Positions 59,799-64,000 of a DNA stretch of 64,000 bases are shown piece after piece (the stretch's first letter is position 1; the number at the start of each line of letters is the position of its first letter). A model generated the notes under the pieces. It was not told the origin of the DNA. It did no database searches and was given only the letters and a program-made list of their open reading frames with translations. The translations under genes and the position numbers were made by a program. The DNA is from Candidatus Omnitrophota bacterium (lineage in GTDB: Bacteria; Omnitrophota; Gorgyraeia; Zapsychrales; Zapsychraceae): contig JAJDCA010000051.1 of the NCBI GenBank assembly GCA_029261055.1, forward strand, positions 9,082 through 73,081, given 5' to 3'.

Positions 59799-61304
59799 TC
59801 AAAACTCTACCGTTCCACTAAGGGTAAACCCATCATTATCCAGCTCTGTAATATCCTCTTCTTTTTGAATAAAATACTCTGCCTTCAAAAGAAAATGTTC
59901 ATGCGGCCTGGCATTGACGCCAAAACCGTATTGTGAACGACGGAAAGTCCCATCAGAAAGCGTAACGTCTGTAGCTGATGACGCCCTCAACTTAAGGATA
60001 ACCTCTTTAAACAATGGGGCATCTTTTGTTAAAGTGTACAAAACATCGATGGTTCCCCCATTGCGATCCAAAGATTCCAAAGAGGCCCCCCCATCTAAAT
60101 CTTCTTTGCTAAAATACCAATACGCCCTAAGATCAAGTTTTTTATACACATAACTCGTATCTACGCCATAAGCAGTAAGATCTGCATCATACCGACGAGC
60201 ATCCGTCGTGGCAAAACTTGTATCGGTATTCCGACGCAAAGCTCCTTTGGCAAAGCTAAAACCAAAATTCAAATTTTCTATCCAAGGGAAAACACCTAAA
60301 CGTGTTGTAAACATTCTATTGGAATCATGATCAAGGCTATTTGACCGCGATGCACCAACATTGTCACTCATTTCAAAACTCGTTGGGCCATTCCCAACGG
60401 AAAACAAATAATTAATACCAAAGTTCTCTGCGATGTCCCATTCTCCTTCAGCCATCACCCCAACCTCATTGACATGAGCCGGAACCACTTCCGCTGCTAC
60501 TGGGGATAAAAGATTAAAATTATTTAAAGCAGAAAACCATTCTTCATTATGAATACCAAATGGCCACCAATACCGGCCTCCTACAAAGCGTAAACTGGGG
60601 GCCTCATCTTTAACCTCTACGGGTGCCCACATAATTTTACTCTCTGTAATCACAGGGTCACGGGCATTACCAACAAAATGAACCTCAAACGACCCTGATA
60701 AATTTTGTGTCAATTCACTCCCGATAAAAAGAGCTGTGTCATTTTTAAACCCAGATTCATGTTTACCCGAACGGGTACTTGTACCAGAAATAAGAATTTG
60801 GGAAGTTTCTCCCGGAGCACTCCCCTGTTCCTTATCTAAATCGGCATATGTCACAGTTGAATACCCATGCAGAAAAAAGAAACTGGATTGATCGGCATAA
60901 TTACCGCTTGGGGTTTCTCGTTTAAGTTTATCTTTCGTCGTTGCCAGTTGAGCCCCCTTTTCAGGAAGATTAATCTTGGCCTTATGCAAAAAATCCTTAA
61001 GGAAACTTTTTTTTGCCTCAGAGGGCTCCTTTGCCATGACGTCTGTTTTTGATGCGTCTACGAATTCTTTTTTTACCGTCAAGACTTCAAATTTTTGTTG
61101 AAGATCCACAACCGTACTATTAAATTCGGTTTCTCGTGTTTTTGCCTCTTCACGAAGCCCTTGAATCTCCTGCTGTTGTTGCTGCACTAACTGTCGCAAG
61201 GATTGCATCTCAACCTTGAGATCACTTAAATCATCCGCTTTAAGTCCCATTGGGAACAAACACATCCCAATAGCGACAATAAAAAATACTTTCATTTTTC
61301 GCAT
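59799..61304 (-). CDS. putative outer-membrane beta-barrel (porin-like) with N-terminal coiled coil
   Basis: Signal peptide (LKA-DD), Q-rich coiled coil, alternating beta strands, C-terminal Phe (SGTVEF). Confidence 0.78.
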   Translation of the reverse strand: MRKMKVFFIVAIGMCLFPMGLKADDLSDLKVEMQSLRQLVQQQQQEIQGLREEAKTRETEFNSTVVDLQQKFEVLTVKKEFVDASKTDVMAKEPSEAKKSFLKDFLHKAKINLPEKGAQLATTKDKLKRETPSGNYADQSSFFFLHGYSTVTYADLDKEQGSAPGETSQILISGTSTRSGKHESGFKNDTALFIGSELTQNLSGSFEVHFVGNARDPVITESKIMWAPVEVKDEAPSLRFVGGRYWWPFGIHNEEWFSALNNFNLLSPVAAEVVPAHVNEVGVMAEGEWDIAENFGINYLFSVGNGPTSFEMSDNVGASRSNSLDHDSNRMFTTRLGVFPWIENLNFGFSFAKGALRRNTDTSFATTDARRYDADLTAYGVDTSYVYKKLDLRAYWYFSKEDLDGGASLESLDRNGGTIDVLYTLTKDAPLFKEVILKLRASSATDVTLSDGTFRRSQYGFGVNARPHEHFLLKAEYFIQKEEDITELDNDGFTLSGTVEF

Positions 61305-61374
61305 TTTTTCTCCTTGAGTTAGAAAAATGTTATTAGAAATAAATATAATTAGTATTCTATTTTAAATAAAAATA

Positions 61375-62034
61375 TTAAAGCATTTCCATAATCGCTTTAA
61401 CCAAATTTTCCGCACCTGTCGCGACATCGCTGATGGAGGCTGGGAGCATATAACATGGGGTGGTTACGAGTTTGTACTTTTGATCAACAACTATGCCGCC
61501 ATGGGACGTATTTTCTGTGCTTGCGCCCATCTTTTGAAAAACAGCATTTACCTTTTCATCCTGGCCAAAGGTAATTTTCACATCTCCTAATAATTTTCCA
61601 AGAATGACTGGAGCAATGCACAAAGCACCGATAGGTTTATTGTGTTCGACCATAGCCCGCACGGCACGCTCGACATCAGCATTAACGGACATATTTTCAC
61701 CATCCACGCCAAAGGTTGATAAATTTAACGCGGCTCCGAACCCTCCAGGAAGAATCAAGGCATCAAATTGCGTAGCATCATATTCACTTAATGGTTTGAT
61801 ATCCCCACGCGCAATACGCGCAGACTCGCGCAAAACATTGCGTGTTTCATCCATTTTTTCCCCGGTCAAAAAATCAATCACCTGATACTGATCAATATCC
61901 GGTGCAAAACACTGATACTTGCTGCCAGCTCGATCGATGGCCAAAAGTGTTAACACTGATTCATGAATCTCCGCCCCATCCTTATTGCCGCATCCTGATA
62001 AAACAATACCAAAGTTTAATATTTGTTTGCGCAT
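61375..62034 (-). CDS. elbB: DJ-1/PfpI-family glyoxalase ElbB
   Basis: LSGCGNKDGAEIHE, ESARIARG, PGGFGAALNL, CIAP, TTPCYM. Confidence 0.93.
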   Translation of the reverse strand: MRKQILNFGIVLSGCGNKDGAEIHESVLTLLAIDRAGSKYQCFAPDIDQYQVIDFLTGEKMDETRNVLRESARIARGDIKPLSEYDATQFDALILPGGFGAALNLSTFGVDGENMSVNADVERAVRAMVEHNKPIGALCIAPVILGKLLGDVKITFGQDEKVNAVFQKMGASTENTSHGGIVVDQKYKLVTTPCYMLPASISDVATGAENLVKAIMEML

Positions 62035-62046
62035 ATCTTTTTTTCC

Positions 62047-64000
62047 TTAATTTTTCTTATATGCCATAGGTACAAATTTAACGGGTAACTTATCTTCTTT
62101 ATCTTCTTTAACTTCTTTAATCAACTTCAAATACTTTGATGTTTTCAGGTATCCCATCTGAACTTTATTAACTCTTTCAAGCTTCACTTTAGCTTTTTGA
62201 TATTTTTTTTTCTGATACAATTCCACGGCTTGCTTGTACATAAAATGTAATTGTGTTTTGTTTTCTTTCGCTTGATCACGTCTTTTACGTTTCATCTCTT
62301 TTGTCTGCAACTTTTTAATACGCTTACGATATTCTTTGTAATCCTTCCTGAAGAGCTTAACGTCTTCCTTAATCTCACCCTCGATAATCTTCAAATATTT
62401 TTGTGCAATTTGTAAATCATTTTTTACGGATATAATTTCTTCATACTTTTCCTTAGCCAAAACATACAATTCTTTTTCATAAAATTCTTTTGCATCCTGA
62501 TCCGTTAGTTTTGTTTTTTCCCACAGTTTCTTTAATCGATTCAAGACTTCCCGATGTAGCTTTCGTTTGGACTGATGGGCCAATAATTTGGCTTTTAATT
62601 CTTTGATTTCGTCGGGATTTAGATCATACGCCTGAGCGGTTACCCGTAAATACGGGCCGTGGGCCGTGTAATCTAAATTTGCGAGATCATCTGTGAAATC
62701 TGTAAAATCGTACCCCGCCTCTACCTGGGCAAAGTCACCTACATCATGGGCTGCGCCCAACCGTAATCCTTGTTTATAATCTTTGGCTTCCTCTTGTCGC
62801 AACAGCCGGTACTCGCCTTTAATAATCCAATCATTGGCTACTTGATAACCTAATCCAGTGATCATCAGCCAGGTATTTGTTGTTGTGGCGTCCAGACCAC
62901 TAACGTCTTCCTTTTTGATGCGATATGCAAATTTTTCCATTATCTGCCATTTATCATTGAGGTCATAAATTCCTTCAAAACTAATCACATGCGCGCTTTC
63001 TTTTTCGACACTGGCAGTGTCAATCTGACTTGCCGGGCCATCATCTTCCAAATAAGTGTAGCGGCCAAGCATGTTGAATCGATCTAAAGAAATAGGACGA
63101 TACGCACCACCAAGTGCAATTTCTTTGTAACCAGCCTTTTTTGCGCTACTGTCTTCGTCGGTGGCCTTTGATATCTCTCCCTTAAAAAAGAGGGTGGTAT
63201 TTTCATTCGGATGACTTTCTATTTGATGGTACAGCAAATACTGATTTTCATCCGTATCGCCTTCGTCCACGCGATATTCGATCTTGCTGGTGGATTTGAG
63301 TTTGACTAATTTTGTTTTTTTATCTTGGTCAACATAATTTAGCCCCATATTGAATGATTGACGATTCAAATCGCTGCCGTCATGTTTTTGAACTTTTCCA
63401 CGCTCGTATCCGCCGCTGACTTCCAACTTTTCACCTAACCGGCCAATGAGATTGTAAATGTTGGATTGACTTGTTTCGTCAGCATCTTGCTTGGCTTGTT
63501 GTGTGAGGTTGGCTTCGATATTTTTTTGATCCTGGCCCATTGTGATTCCGTAAATTTGATCAATAATATTTTCCGTCTTATTATTCGTGAACATGCGCTG
63601 GCTGGTTAATGCTAATCGTTCATTAATTATTTCTTTGGCTCCGATTCTGAGAATACTGCTGAGCTCTCCACCGTGATCTTCCATGCCGATGCTGGTTTGA
63701 ATTTGCCTATTCTTATCAATTTCAAGTTCGGCACCGACATTCATGGATTGGCCGAAACCGCCTTCGTGTTTGTTCAGCAAACTATAATCACTTGTGAGGG
63801 TCACTTTTTCTTTGGCCTTCACGCTGGCCCCTACACTTGTCCCCCAACCTTCACTACCTACCGATTCCTTGACGTTGACTTTTACGTGATCATTCACTTG
63901 GGCCTCGATTTCAACGCTGGTCTGATGACTGATATCCCCATGCAATGTTATCTGTTGTTCGACAGCCACATCGACTTTTTTATTTAAAGGATACTCGGCA
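62047..64000 (-). CDS. C-terminal part of a large outer-membrane beta-barrel protein with Lys-rich helical tail (starts beyond the window)
   Basis: Frame stays open upstream of 63969 to the edge (AEYPLNKKVDV); amphipathic strands ending GYDFTDFTDDL..Y...GPYLR, then a K/E-rich coiled region. Confidence 0.75.
   Translation of the reverse strand, partial: AEYPLNKKVDVAVEQQITLHGDISHQTSVEIEAQVNDHVKVNVKESVGSEGWGTSVGASVKAKEKVTLTSDYSLLNKHEGGFGQSMNVGAELEIDKNRQIQTSIGMEDHGGELSSILRIGAKEIINERLALTSQRMFTNNKTENIIDQIYGITMGQDQKNIEANLTQQAKQDADETSQSNIYNLIGRLGEKLEVSGGYERGKVQKHDGSDLNRQSFNMGLNYVDQDKKTKLVKLKSTSKIEYRVDEGDTDENQYLLYHQIESHPNENTTLFFKGEISKATDEDSSAKKAGYKEIALGGAYRPISLDRFNMLGRYTYLEDDGPASQIDTASVEKESAHVISFEGIYDLNDKWQIMEKFAYRIKKEDVSGLDATTTNTWLMITGLGYQVANDWIIKGEYRLLRQEEAKDYKQGLRLGAAHDVGDFAQVEAGYDFTDFTDDLANLDYTAHGPYLRVTAQAYDLNPDEIKELKAKLLAHQSKRKLHREVLNRLKKLWEKTKLTDQDAKEFYEKELYVLAKEKYEEIISVKNDLQIAQKYLKIIEGEIKEDVKLFRKDYKEYRKRIKKLQTKEMKRKRRDQAKENKTQLHFMYKQAVELYQKKKYQKAKVKLERVNKVQMGYLKTSKYLKLIKEVKEDKEDKLPVKFVPMAYKKN

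Overview
64 kb of an AT-rich bacterial chromosome, with almost all genes on the minus strand. The lineage is probably Candidatus Omnitrophota/PVC; this is an inference from the giant-protein family, a Tad/CpaF-type ATPase and the repeat style. The backbone is housekeeping and metabolic: radical SAM amrS (partial), FNR, pntAB, ald, fumC, nfeD/slipin, pepA, gltA, M48 peptidase, thiC, groESL with CIRCE, trxB, 2-oxoacid:ferredoxin oxidoreductase, crcB, tadA, M16 peptidase, dsbD-like, ybaK, elbB, two-component and c-di-GMP genes, two TA pairs and three tRNAs. The standout feature is two paralogous secreted proteins of 3105 aa and 1139 aa. They share a signal peptide, a ~330-aa N-terminal domain and a C-terminal GGID(F/M)N tail, but carry unrelated cargo. 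One has two GHKL-ATPase-like and two HExxH modules; the other has a P-loop module and a thiazole-synthase (ThiG)-like barrel. Short D-x-A-M motifs sit at the module boundaries, so this is a candidate polymorphic, processed effector-polyprotein system. Other observations: palindromic REP-like and 15-bp repeats inserted in-frame in genes, a tRNA-Ser islet flanked by a duplicated 5' tRNA half plus promoter, a MITE, a kinase lacking its His, apparent leaderless promoters and a DegT gene remnant. No CRISPR array, rRNA or integrase/transposase gene was seen.
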